This document shows, piece after piece, positions 52,178 to 64,000 of a stretch of 64,000 nucleotides of DNA. The notes beneath the pieces were generated by a model. That model was not told where the DNA came from and ran no database searches. It saw only the letters and a list, made by a program, of their open reading frames with translations. Positions within the stretch are counted from its first letter, which is position 1; the number at the start of each line of letters is the position of its first letter. The DNA comes from Octopus sinensis (lineage: Eukaryota), in contig NC_043015.1 of the NCBI RefSeq assembly GCF_006345805.1, forward strand, positions 28,830,001-28,894,000, written 5' to 3'. Both the position numbers and the translations under genes were made by a program.

Positions 52178-55100
52178 ACCTTAGAGAATGGTGAAATGGT
52201 ATTGTTGCCTCAGACAAATCTACACCAAAGTTACCAGCAGCAACAGCAACCTCAAGATAACACTGTCTTACTCTCAGGAACTCCTAATAATCAAGAACTT
52301 CTAAAGGATTATTTTCACGATAGCCTGCCCGGCAGTTGCTGCTGCTCACACGTCTATTCTCAGAAAAATCCCTCATTTGGTAACACTACTCCAAGACGTC
52401 CAGACTTCTGCGAGGCCATAATGAAATCAAGTTGTAGTGGTACTATTTCTACTAGTATTACTAGTAGTAGTAGTAGTATTATTAGTAATAGTAGCAGTGG
52501 TGGCAATATTAGTAATTCAATGTCTAATCATGTACTGCAAATGGATTCTAATTCAAAGAGTACCAACGAATTTCTCAGTCTAGCACCAAACAGTATAAGT
52601 TCTCTGGAGGCTTGCGGCGGCATGTACTGCGATTGCCCAATGAGTGCTTGCCAAGACATCTATTGTGATGGTTCGATATGCAGTTGTCAGAACATAAATT
52701 GTGATAGTTCCATGAGTTCGTGCCAGGATGTTCATTTTAGTAGTCCGATGAATATTTGTTGTCGTGAAGTTTCTTGCAGCAGCTTTGCACCTCCAAACCT
52801 AAAGTGTCAAGGACAAATGATGCTTCCTAAATCGAATGCTTACGAAAGGAATTCCTACAAGAGCAATCAACCCTTGTCTAATGTTAATTCTAGCAAGGCC
52901 CAGGCCAATAGGTTCTGGGATAAAAGACCATCTTTACAAGCTCAAAAAGTCCCAAATACCTTTATATATGATTTATCATACAACAACGTAAGCGAACAAA
53001 TGGATAAATGTTTGGCTGTTAAAAGTGAGGACAATGAAAATCTAATTTACCCTGACAAAAACCAAATTTGGCAATACACGACATGCCACCAGACTTTCCC
53101 ATCAATTAAACATCAAAACAAAAGCCCAAACTGCTGCTCTTTCCAAAACTCCCCGAATTCCATGATTAAGGTAGAAAAACCAAAACTGTGGAATTGTGCT
53201 CACCAACCCCTCTCTGAGAATTTTGTCTACCAAGAACAACTTTGTAAAGCTTGTAACCCAGCTATGGAACCCCAAGAAATAAGCGGTTCCATGCCAGCTG
53301 TTAACTATTTACACACAAATATGAAATCAAGAAGGCCCGTGAATAACGTGATTTGCAAGAGTTCACCCGATTTAGTCCCATCTCAAAAATACATGCACAA
53401 CGGTCAACTTTTTTTCAATTCTGCTACCACCACTACTTCTACTGGTACTATTACCACCACTTCTACCATCACAATGACAGCAACCACATACATCACTGCT
53501 ATCACCACCACCACCGCTGCTGCCTCCAATAATTCCTTCTCACCTCATTGCTGTTCCTCCTGTTCTGTTCAACCTCTTAACTATAAATTATTTCCACCTA
53601 AAACTTCAGAATGTTCGACGACTGAAGCAGCTGAAAGCAAAATCTCATTACAATACGACCAACATTCTGTGATAAGCTTCATGTCTTCAGACTCCGAGAG
53701 TGATAACATGACTTGGTCAGCGAGTGAAGGGAAAGAGGAGTTGAACAAATCAAGCAGTTCAGGTCGCAGCCTCCCAAGTCCACCTGTCTTCAAGAATGTT
53801 TCAGAGGCATTACATCGATTACCTGAAAGTCCTAAGGTGCCTTTGGTGTGCATGGAAGATGTCATTGTTATAGACTCCTCTCCTGGAAGTGATAGTTCTT
53901 CAATTGACACCCCAAACAATTCAAATACATCAAATAGTTCTGCCAAACCTCCAACTCCACAGCAGCAGTCTTTTAGGGCAAAGACAAATACGAACCCGAA
54001 ATCAGTTAAAAAATTATGTTTTGATGAAGAAAAATGCGAAAGCCAGTTTTCTAAGAATTCTAAAGAGAGTTCTAAAAATCACAGATCTCAAGAAGTAACA
54101 AAAGAAAATCCAGCAAATTCTGCAAGCAAAACGTCAGCATCACGCTCAAATCAGAAAAATTCCATTGTAAATAATAAACCCAATCCAGTCTTTTCAAGGA
54201 GTAACAGAATTCGTTCACCGAGCATCCGTTACAAGGATGATGTCTTGTCTTTTCCTTTAGTCTTTCCTAGTCGTTCGAGTCAGTCAGCTTCTAATAGAGT
54301 GAGTGAAATTGTACAGAAGTCCAGAGTTCCCAATCGACGACGCCAACCAGATTTGGTAAAAGTTGAAGAGAAATCGTCTGAGAAAGCAGATGAAACAGTA
54401 ACTTCCAAAAATTTAAAACGTCAAGCAAAATGCACTCCAGATGCTAAATCTACCAGTTTACCTTTAGATCGGAGGAAAATGCTGCGGTCTTCAAATAAAG
54501 TAGAGGATAAGTCTCCAGTTAAATTGGAAAAAGATATCAAAACAGATGATAAAAATTCTGTACAAAATTCTGTACAAAGCAAGGAAGTAGTTTTGAAACA
54601 GGAGCAGGAAGATCAAGTGGAATTTAAACAACCTGAAAATTTGTTAAATAAGATCTCACCATCTCTTCAAAACGAAGATGGATCTGATAAGTGTCACCAA
54701 ACAGTAGAATCTCCACCTGAGGTTGCGGTGCAATCACACAAAGTCACCAAACCGTGTAGTTTTGAAGACAGAGGAAAGAAACTTCACACAGCCACTGCAT
54801 CAGCTTGCCATACTAAGACGGATAGAAAGCACAATTCTCATAACACTGCCACAACAACATCTTTTACTAGCGACCAAATTCAGCCATCGACTAGTTCTGT
54901 AACTGCCAATTTTTCTTCGACCGTTAATACAGTCATTAGAGAGCCATTACCTCTTAGTATTTTATCAAGACCAGAGAAAGCAATATCCGAATGTAAAAAA
55001 AATTCTGCGTTTGTAAGCTCTGAATTGGACAGGTATCTTGCCGGAGAAACTGAGTCTGTTAATTCAAATGCGGATTTATCCTTTTCAAAAAATAAAGGGA

Positions 55101-56755
55101 TTCTTCCCAAAAGTGGGCCATTTTTACCAAGCAAAACAACTCCTTTCTGTGATAAAACTTACGCTTTTGAGGGGAATGAAAAGTCAAACGAGAAAGCCCT
55201 TCAAAAGACAACTGGCATTGTTTATAATACAAGAAGTAAATGCAGCAGCAGTTCTGTTGCTGTCCATGATAGTGATAAGATTATTGTTGATAACCATCTT
55301 CATGTTGATGTTTATGACATGGATAATGATGCAAATGATAAAACTGGTAATGTTACTAATGACAATAGAGATAATGTTAACAAAATTACTGGCAATATTA
55401 TAAACGAGAATCCTGATTGTGTTACGAGTGAAAATAACGACAATGTCACTAATGATAATTCCAATATTGTTACAAATAAAATTACTGTTAATTATACAAA
55501 TGATAATGTTACAAACGATAATACCTTTAGCGTTACTAACGATTATAATGACAATGTTATTAGTGATAATATCGATAATGTTACGAACAATTACGCAGAT
55601 AGTGTTTGTAATGATAATATCGACGCTGGCAATGTTAATGTTAAGGATACTGTTAATAATTCTGTTAATAATCATAATAATACTGTTAACAAAACTTATG
55701 ATGATAATAATAATAATAATAATAATAATAGAGAAAACAATCATAATAGTAATAATGCTGAAAGATTATCGTTGCCGTGTAATAGTTCATTCAAAGATAG
55801 GGTTAATTCAAGCGTTAATGAAAACAAGGCAGGTAATTCATTTAGTTCAGCATATAACAATCACCTGATTCAGTTGGCTGCTGTAAGTAAACAGATTTCA
55901 GCTAATTTGCCTGAATCCAGTCAGTCCAAGTCATACTCTTCGGGAACTTCGAGTCTGTACGAACCAGACTTTGATGAAGTCGATGGCATTCTGTTCATGT
56001 CCTTCCCTTCTGAGGAATCTTTACAGGCTCACATTGCTGTTGAACGTAAGGATAAGTGGGAATCTACCACCGGTCATATGTCCAGTATTTCTAATATACT
56101 CAGTTTCCATCGCTGGAAGGAAACTCACCAGGAGGAGAAGTTTCCTAGGCCAGCATTCGACAAAAACATGAACCTTCGGGGCTTGCACATGCGATTGAAA
56201 AGATACTGCAAACTTCTACGGTCTGAATGGCTCAAAATTAAACAGAAGAATTCAACCAGAAACAACCACAGAAAAGCTTTCAAGTTCAGTCGGTTCCAGA
56301 TGGCCACGAGAAGCAAGAGATGGACCAGGACTAACAGTGCTCTTTGCGCAGGCAGGAGCTTAGCATCGCGGAACAAAAATGCTGGTAAATTTCAGAAACT
56401 TCACTGGCGAACGGAGGCTCGGATTCTTCGAGGTTTGAAACCGGAAGAAGTCCGACAAATGGGAATGAAGAAGAAACGTAGAAAGAAGTTCATTTTTACT
56501 CACCGCAAGGGTTGCAAAAGACAGGATGCTTCCGGAAACGAGGACTCTGATAGTGGCAGTAGCAAGAATTCTATGGAAGAAGATGCTGTCAGCCACACAT
56601 CGGTAGTAAAAGAGGTGAAGGAAGTGAAATGTGGAAAGAATGGTTACATCCATCCTATGCGCAGCTGTTGCAGAAGAGAGAAGGTGGTATCAGTTGAAGA
56701 GAAGATGTCAAGAGCTGTTAGAAGTTGTAAATCTCATTCTGATGAAGAAAAACCT
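52178..56755 (+). CDS. Giant internal exon (4578 nt, 1526 codons, phase 0/0) of an uncharacterised, largely disordered, probably nuclear protein
   Basis: Uninterrupted ORF, acceptor T-tract...GACTTTACAG (the ORF-track M and poly-F at 52139 is intron), donor CCT/GTAAGT. S/T/N/Q-rich with a Cys repeat and a basic C-terminal part containing KKKRRKK. Confidence 0.9.
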
Positions 56756-57363
56756 GTAAGTATTTGATGCCTTTTCTATAATTCCCCTCACACTCGCATG
56801 TACATATCAACGTCCGTACACACCACTTTGCCAAACTCAGGGTTCAGGTTTCTGATTTCAGGTTCAGTCTCACTGCTTTGCACATGGACAAATCTCTTCT
56901 GTAACATGAGGCCACTCAGTCTTATGAGTGCAAAAAAGTATATGTTTATATCATCATCATCATCATCATTTGTTTTCCATGCTGGCATAGGTTGGACAGT
57001 TTGACTGCTGCTGGTAGGGCCAGGGGCTGCACCAGACACCATTGTCTGCTTGCTCTGACATAGTTTATATGGCTAGCTGACCTTCTTAACACCGATCACT
57101 CTACAGGTGTACTGGGGCTTATCATATGGCACCAGCATCCGTATCAATTCTGCTGTGGTAGACTGGCACCGGTATCAATTCTGCATACACATAGCATAAT
57201 GAAAAATGGAGAATTATACATCTTCAAAATTTATTGAAGCATTTTCTTCTTATTACATTTTTGACATATTTCTGCTGGATAAGGTGGGTGAACTGAACTC
57301 ACCTGTATAGGAGACATCTCAAATACAGTTGTATAGGACTGTCTAGCTTCAGATTTTAATGCA

Positions 57364-57722
57364 CATCATCATCATCATCATCGTTTAACGTCGGTTTTCT
57401 GTGCTAGCACAGGTTGGACGGTTCGACCATGGTCTGGGAAGCTAGGGGCTGCACCAGTCTGATCTGGCAGTGTTTCTACAGCTGGATGCCCTTCCTAACG
57501 CCAACCACTCCACGAGTGTAGTGGGTGCTTTTTACGTGCCAGGGGAGTCTGGTATTGGCCATGATCGGTTGGTGTTTTTAATGTGCCACCGGCACGGAAG
57601 CCAGTCAAGGTGGCGCTGGCATTGGCCACGTTCGGATGGTGCTGAAGCCAGTCGAGGCGGCGCTGGCATTGGCCACGTTCGGATGGTGCTTTTTATGTGC
57701 TACCGGCACAGGTATCACTGCA
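57364..57722 (-). mobile_element. RTE LINE 3' UTR (older fragment at 56950-57170)
   Basis: Family motifs with GGCCACGTTCGGATGGTGC repeats. Confidence 0.85.
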
Positions 57723-58336
57723 ATTGATTTAATTTAAGTCAATTAAATGCACAAAACTTTTATATCAAAGGACACTAAAACTTATCCAACAGAAACATAT
57801 AAAAATGTAATAAGGAATAAAATGCTTTAATAAGTAAATTTTGATGATGTATGATCCTCCATTCTTTATTATACACTCTGTATTCTACATGAAATCCATT
57901 GAACTGAATCCTGAATTTACCCGTCAAAGTTAGTCTCAAACAATTCTAAATGTTTTCTATCATTTGATATGGTCTGCCAAGTCTGGATTTCATCAGAGTG
58001 CTCGTAAGGTATTCGCTCAGATTTCAAATCCTTATTCCTTTATGTTATATAAACTTGGGGACTACGGATAACTTAAAGAAACTCCTGGCTTACAGTGCTA
58101 CCAGGGAGTCCTTACAGCTTAGCAATAAACCCGGTTGGCATGAAAGTGTTGTTAATTGATTATCTCTGAAAAATTCTCAGAGTGATGAACCTGTTCTGCT
58201 TGCACCCCACCATTCAGCGTTTGAATTGCTGGCTTGTAGAGTTGTGTCAAACATCTTTTGTTGCATGTAGGTGATCGACTAAGTCCATCATGAACATTGC
58301 ACTTTTTACTAATTTTGGCTGGAAGGTTGAGCTTTA

Positions 58337-58677
58337 CTCTTTTAATTGTTTCAGTCATTTGACTGCGGCCATGCTGGAGCACCACCTCTAGTCAAGCAAA
58401 TTGACCCTGGGACTTATTCTTTTGTAAGCCTAGTACTTAATCTATCGGTCTCGTTTGCCAAACTGCTAATTTACGGAGACAAACACAGACACACACACAT
58501 ACATACACACATATACACACACACACACAATCATACAACGGGCTTCTTTCAGTTTCCGTCTACCAAATCCACTCCCAAGGCTAGTAGGAGACACTTGCCC
58601 AAGGTTCCATGCAGTGGGATTGAACCCGGAACCATGTGGTTGGTAAGCAAGCTACTTAACACACAGCCACTCCTGCG

Positions 58678-58680
<3 letters not shown>
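58337..58680 (-). mobile_element. SINE A with internal deletions, followed by (TA)n
   Basis: Family motifs. Confidence 0.82.
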
Positions 58681-58736
<56 letters not shown>

Positions 58737-59577
58737 TTAGCAGTTGAGGGAACCCATGGAAGAGGTAGACCCAGGAAAACCTGGGACGAGGTGGTGAAGC
58801 ACGACCTTCGAACTTTAGGCCTCACTGAGGAAATGACCAGCGACCGAGACCTTTGGAAATATTCTGTACGTGAGAAGACCAGGCAGGACAAGTGAGCCCA
58901 GCCCACTTATGAATGCCTTTCCTCCCTTGGACACAAAGACCTGTTGGGGCAAGTGAAGTCGATATAGAACCTCATCCGACGACAGGCACCCATGCTTGCG
59001 AAGACATGTTGGGGCAAGCGAAATCGAAATCGAAGTCAAAATCGAATTGAACCAGCCAGGATCCCTGGTCTGGTGGTACGTAAAAAGCACTATCCGACTC
59101 GTGGCCGATGCCAGCGCCGCCTCCACTGGCTTCTGTGCCGGTGGCACGTAAAATACACCAATCTGACCGTACGACAGGCACCCATGCCAACCCCCTTGCT
59201 TGCGAAGACATGTTGGGGCAAGCGAAATCGAATTGAACCAGCCAGGTTCCCTGGTCTGGTGGTACGTAAAAAGCACCATCCGACTCGTGGCCGATGCCAG
59301 CACCACCTCGTCTGGCTTCTGTGCCGGTGGCACATAAAATACACCAATCCGACCGTGGCCGTTGCCAGCCTCGCCTGGCACCTGTGCAGGTGGCACGTAA
59401 AAAGCACCCACTACACTCACGGAGTGGTTGGCGTTAGGAAGGGCATCTAGCTGTAGAAACATTGCCAGATAAGACTGGAGCCTGGTGCAGCCTTCTGGCT
59501 TCCCAGACCCCAGTTGAACCATCCAACCCATGCTAGCGTGGAAAGCAGACGCTAAATGATGATGATGATGATGATGA
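58737..59577 (+). mobile_element. 5'-truncated RTE-clade LINE: ORF C-terminus, 3' UTR with internal duplication of about 190 bp, and (GAT)n tail
   Basis: LAVEGTHGRGRPRKTWDEVVKHDLRTLGLTEEMTSDRDLWKYSVREKTRQDK* is an RTE C-terminus. It identifies the many (GAT)n-tailed fragments as RTE 3' ends. Confidence 0.9.
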
Positions 59578-60416
59578 TATATACACAATCCTGACATGAC
59601 ATGCATGAGTATTAGCGATGTCCTTATAACTTGATGAGTTGCAGGTTATCAGTCAAGTGGTCCTTTTTTTAAAGGGCATATTTATTTGCAGGCATGGATG
59701 TGTGATTAAGGAGCTTGTTTCCCAACCTCATGGTTTCAGATTTAGTCCCACTGTGCAGTGCTTTGGGCATGGTGTTTTCTTACTATAACCCCAGGCCACC
59801 CAAAGCCTTTTAGTGGATTTCATAGAAGGAAACTGAAACAAAAGCCTGTCATAATAGATACATATATGTGCGTAGGTGTCTGTGTGTGTTTGTGTCTCTT
59901 TGTCTTGACATGGTGTGTTTGTTGTAGATGTGATTGTTGTAGATTAATATCATTCATTTCTCATATTTGGCAAGAGCATGTTTTGTTATGGGAAAATATG
60001 ACCTGCTTGGAAACAGATGAGGATTAACCTCAACAAGGGTATCCAACCATGGACAATCTACCTCAATAAACCGTGTCCAACTCATGCAATCAATAGAAAA
60101 GCTGATGTCAAAACAATGACAGATTGATTTGTGTATAACACATGCTTCCCCCCTATAGATTTTTGTACCTAATTAATTATAAGGTTGCATGCATTGTATA
60201 TGTAAGAAGTGTTCCCTCCTCCTTTTTTATTTATTTATTTATCCAGTCAAGTGTGTCACGATATTCAGGATGGCATGACAGAAATAGATTAGTTATTTAT
60301 GTTGTCCAACCTTTGTGATGTGTAATGAGGAGTTAGGATCATTATAATAATTAAAAAAATTTTTCTTTTTGTCATAGTAATAACGCTTAGCTCAGCTTGC
60401 AGGCAAGTCTCATTAA

Positions 60417-61119
60417 CCCTTTAGCATCCAAACTGGCCATCTCTGGCCAAAATATTTAACCTGTTATATATTGAAACTGACCAGAGCTTGCCTCTTACCT
60501 CAGCCCTAACCATGTCATTCTAAAACTAAAAAATCACATCACTGAAATCTCTAAACTACAAGATAATGATTAATTCAAAACAACATATATAAACAAACAC
60601 TAAGTTTGACAGAATAATCTGAACACTAAAGAGTTGAATTATTACCTTCAGCTTTCAATATAGAGGGCCTTTATTGAAAATTACTAGAATTATTTAACAT
60701 GAAGATGAAATTAGTACTTTTGTTTTTGTACTCGGTTTGCAAGATTCTTTATGTGAATTTTTATTCCAACAAATTTTGTTGTTGTTTTGGGAGAGTCATA
60801 ATGCCAATATTAACACATGCACTGGTTCAGTTCCACTTCCGTATTATTAGTCAATTGCTTAAATATCTATCCAACTAACTAATCGATTGTCTGTTTAACC
60901 CTTTAGCATTCAGATTACTCTGTCAAATGTAATACTTACTTATTCCCATTGTTTTGAATTAATCATGCTTTATCTTATAACTTCAAGATTTCAACGATAT
61001 AATTGTTTAGTTTTAAGAATGACATTGTTGGGTAGGCTTGAGAGGCCAGATCTGGTCAGTTTAAACATAAAACAGGTAGAATATTTAGGCTGGATATGGC
61101 TGGTTTAAATGCTAAAAGG
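60417..61119. mobile_element. Inverted pair of MITE E copies (60417-60633 minus; 60899-61119 plus)
   Basis: TTAA flanks and opposite orientation. Confidence 0.82.
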
Positions 61120-61330
61120 TTAACTTGTTGGTTAAACAATCCATTTTTTTTTTTGTTCATCAGACAAGCAAATACGTCTTCTGTAACTACGTGGGAGAAA
61201 TACACTGAAAAGGTTACAAATGGCTAAGAAAGAACTTTGATGGACAAAAAAGACAAAAATAATAAAAAAAAGAAGATTGACTGTTTAACCAATTAGTTAA
61301 ACAAACGACTGGTTAGTTAACAGTTGACTA

Positions 61331-62191
61331 CCGTAAATCCTCGAGTATAATCCGCATTTTTTTCCCAAAATTTAAAGGTCAAAATCCCTAGTGCATACTA
61401 TATATACTCTTTTACTTGTTTCAGTCATTTGACTGCAGCTATGCTGGAGCACCGCCTTTAGTCGAGCAAATCGACCCCAGGACATATTCTTTGTGAACCT
61501 AGTACTTATTCCATCGGTCCCTTTTGCCGAACCGCTAAGTTACGGGGACATAAACACACCAGCATCGGTTGTCAAGTGGTGTTGTGGGGACCAACACAGA
61601 CAAACACACATACACATATATATACATATACATATATACGATGGGCTTCTTTCAGTTTCCGTCTACCAAATCCACTCACAAGGCTTTGGTCGGCCCGAGG
61701 CTATAGTAGAAGACACTTGCCCAAGGTGCCACGCAGCGGGACTGAACCCAGAACCATGTGGTTGGTAAGCAAGCTACTTACCACACAGCCACTCCTGCGC
61801 CTATGATGTTAAAAATGAAAATTATTTTCTAAGCAATGTCCGAGTCTCTATTTGCTGTCCAGCAATGTTTATTCAGACGCATTTTGTGATGTCGGGCGCG
61901 AAAATACCTTAACTCATCCATAACTTGCAGAAGCAACATTTATTAAACGTTATTACTGTTATTTCTTTATTTTCTGCAAACAAAATGCACAAAAAAGCTA
62001 CACATTTGCATTATGTTATATATACAATAATAATAAAGGATGTTACCATATACAGTTTTACAAACCAAGGATGTTATATAGACCTCCTTGACTCAAGTTA
62101 GAGAAGGGGTGCGTATTATACACAAAGTTTGGGTTTTTCAGAGGTACAGCCCCCTAAAAATCCCCTGCGTATTATACTCGAGGATTTACGG
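61331..62191. mobile_element. Tc1/mariner-superfamily (pogo/Tigger-like) non-autonomous element with SINE A inserted (61405-61802, -)
   Basis: 26-bp TIRs CCGTAAATCCTCGAGTATAAT(C/A)CGCA with one mismatch, and TA TSDs. Confidence 0.88.
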
Positions 62192-62646
62192 TAATAATAG
62201 AGGAGTGAAATTGAATCAGTGTATGTGTGTGTTATTAATATTGGGGTAGTGTCTCTCTCAAGACACAGCATAAATTAATAAATTTAATCAATAAGAATAT
62301 GTAAATACTATCATTACCAAAAAGTAAATATGAATTGAGGAAGAACATTCTGTAATTATCTTTTATTTACCTCACTCATTGGACTGCAGCCATACCAGAG
62401 CATCACCTTGAAGGTTTTAGTCAAACAAGTCAAAAGGGCCAGCTTTGTCACATTCTGCATCAAGCTGAATCTCCTTGAGAATCACGTTAAGGGTACAACA
62501 TGTGTCTGTGGAGTACTCAGCCACTTGCATGTTAATTTCATGAGCAGGCTGTTCCGTTGATCGGTTCATCTGGAACTTTGGTCATTGTAGCTGACACAGC
62601 GCCAGTTAGTATATACATTTCTGTTGAATGAACAAAAGTATTTTAA

Positions 62647-63019
62647 CTTTTTAGCATTCAGATTACTTTGTTAAATTCTACAATGCTTATTTATTCACAG
62701 GACATAGAGGCATTTATTCACTCTCGGAGTGGTTGGCGTTAGGAAGGGCATCCAGCTGTAGAAACTCTGCCAAATCAAGATTGGAGCCTGGTGCAGCCAT
62801 CTGGTTTGCCAGCCCTCAGTCAAAATCGTCCAACCCATGCTAGCATGGAAAGCGGACGTTAAACGATGATGATTGTTCTAAAGTAATCTTGCATCATCTC
62901 ACATGTAGCTTTGAGATTTTGAAGATGTGATTGTATATTTTTAGAATCTGGCTGGTTTTGAACATAAAATCAAGTAAAATATTTGGGCTTGATATGACCT
63001 GTTTAGCTGCTAATGGGTC
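62647..63019 (+). mobile_element. Diverged MITE E with a young RTE 3' end inserted (62711-62872, +)
   Basis: Family motifs. Confidence 0.75.
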
Positions 63020-63689
63020 AAATGGAAGTGTTTATAGTGTTATATTTCTGCATACACCTTTTCATTCTTCCACATTGGTATCTTATCACTTGTTGACTTT
63101 ACAGCCTACAGGAAAGTTCAAAGGTCACTTCTGAATTTGTTTGTCTTTAGGAGTCATGAACTTTCCCAATGTATTTTAAAAGGACAGTTTTGTTTATGCA
63201 TCCTAATACTTTTTTAAAAAATGTATATTATACACAAGATTTTTTTCCTGAGATTTTACAGCTCAAATTTGTAGTGCTTATTTATACACAAATGTAGGTT
63301 ATGGGACAGGGTGTTCTCAAACTTATATTTGCTTATATTTGCTTCATTTAACTTGTTTACATTGGACAGCTCTCACAAAATGTTGTTAAATTAAGCTTTC
63401 TTACAGACATAGGAGTAGTTCAGAGGGAGAAGGAGACGAGTTTTTGCTTTGATTTTTTGATAAAATATAGACCAAGATAATAAATCTCTGAACGAGGTAT
63501 AAACAGTAGCTGCATGACAATGTGAAGTATATTTGTCACTTAAATGTGGCTAACCCCTAAGGGTGGCATCCACCTTTAGTGGTTAAGCCACATTTTAGTG
63601 GCAAATATACTTCACATAAACCAAGATATTTTTCTAACAATACTGGTTTATTAATCTTGTTTTTAACGAGTTATTTATATTTCTTGCAG

Positions 63690-63756
63690 GTCATTGAAAA
63701 ATCAGCTCATTTGTTGTATCAATCAGATGAAATGCATGCCATTAGGAAACTTGGAG
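63690..63756 (+). CDS. Next coding exon (VIEKSAHLLYQSDEMHAIRKLG+G, phase 0/1); the gene continues beyond the window
   Basis: Acceptor TTATTTATATTTCTTGCAG, donor GAG/GTAAAC, in frame with the giant exon. Confidence 0.65.
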
Positions 63757-63791
63757 GTAAACATTTGTGCTTTTTCTTCTCTTTCATTTAA

Positions 63792-64000
63792 CCCTTTCGT
63801 TACCGTATTTATTTTGAGATGCTCTGTGTTTCTTTGAATTACTTTAAATCATCATCGTTTAACGTCCGTTTTCCGTGCTAGCACGGGTTGGACGGTTTGA
63901 CCGGGGATCTGGGAAGCCAGGAGGCTGCACCAGGCTCCAGTCTGATCTGGCAGTGTTTCTACAGCTGGATGCCCTTCCTAACGCCAACCACTCCGCGAGT
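63792..64000. mobile_element. MITE D left end interrupted by an RTE 3' end (63849-64000, -)
   Basis: TTAA-CCCTTTCGTTAC followed by a (CAT)n RTE tail. Confidence 0.85.

Noticed and set aside
53581-55868. Antisense and off-frame ORFs within the giant exon
   Set aside because: Shadows of low-complexity codon usage.

Overview
AT-rich, intron-dominated animal genomic DNA. The repeat families match my recollection of Octopus repeats, so an octopod cephalopod is likely but not proven. No prokaryotic features, CRISPR arrays, rRNA or true tRNA genes are seen. One plus-strand protein-coding gene crosses the window. It has a CpG-rich promoter and candidate exon 1 at about 13.4 kb, a 297-nt exon (42104-42400), a giant 4578-nt exon (52178-56755) and a 67-nt exon (63690-63756). 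These are joined in frame by canonical splice sites and encode an unidentified, mostly low-complexity protein of more than 1600 aa that continues past the window. The rest is a dense mix of tRNA-derived SINEs (at least 4 families), RTE-clade LINE 3' ends, one young BovB-like RTE insertion, piggyBac-like (TTAA), hAT and Tc1/pogo MITEs, Helitrons, a mariner relic, a 23-bp minisatellite and many microsatellites. The most notable hidden signal is four minimal type-I hammerhead ribozyme motifs from three unrelated sequence families, of the kind carried by Penelope-like retroelements. One family has a compensatory G3:C8 core swap and occurs as an inverted pair in an intron. All calls were made by eye, repeat boundaries are approximate, and no ribozyme activity or database identity has been tested.
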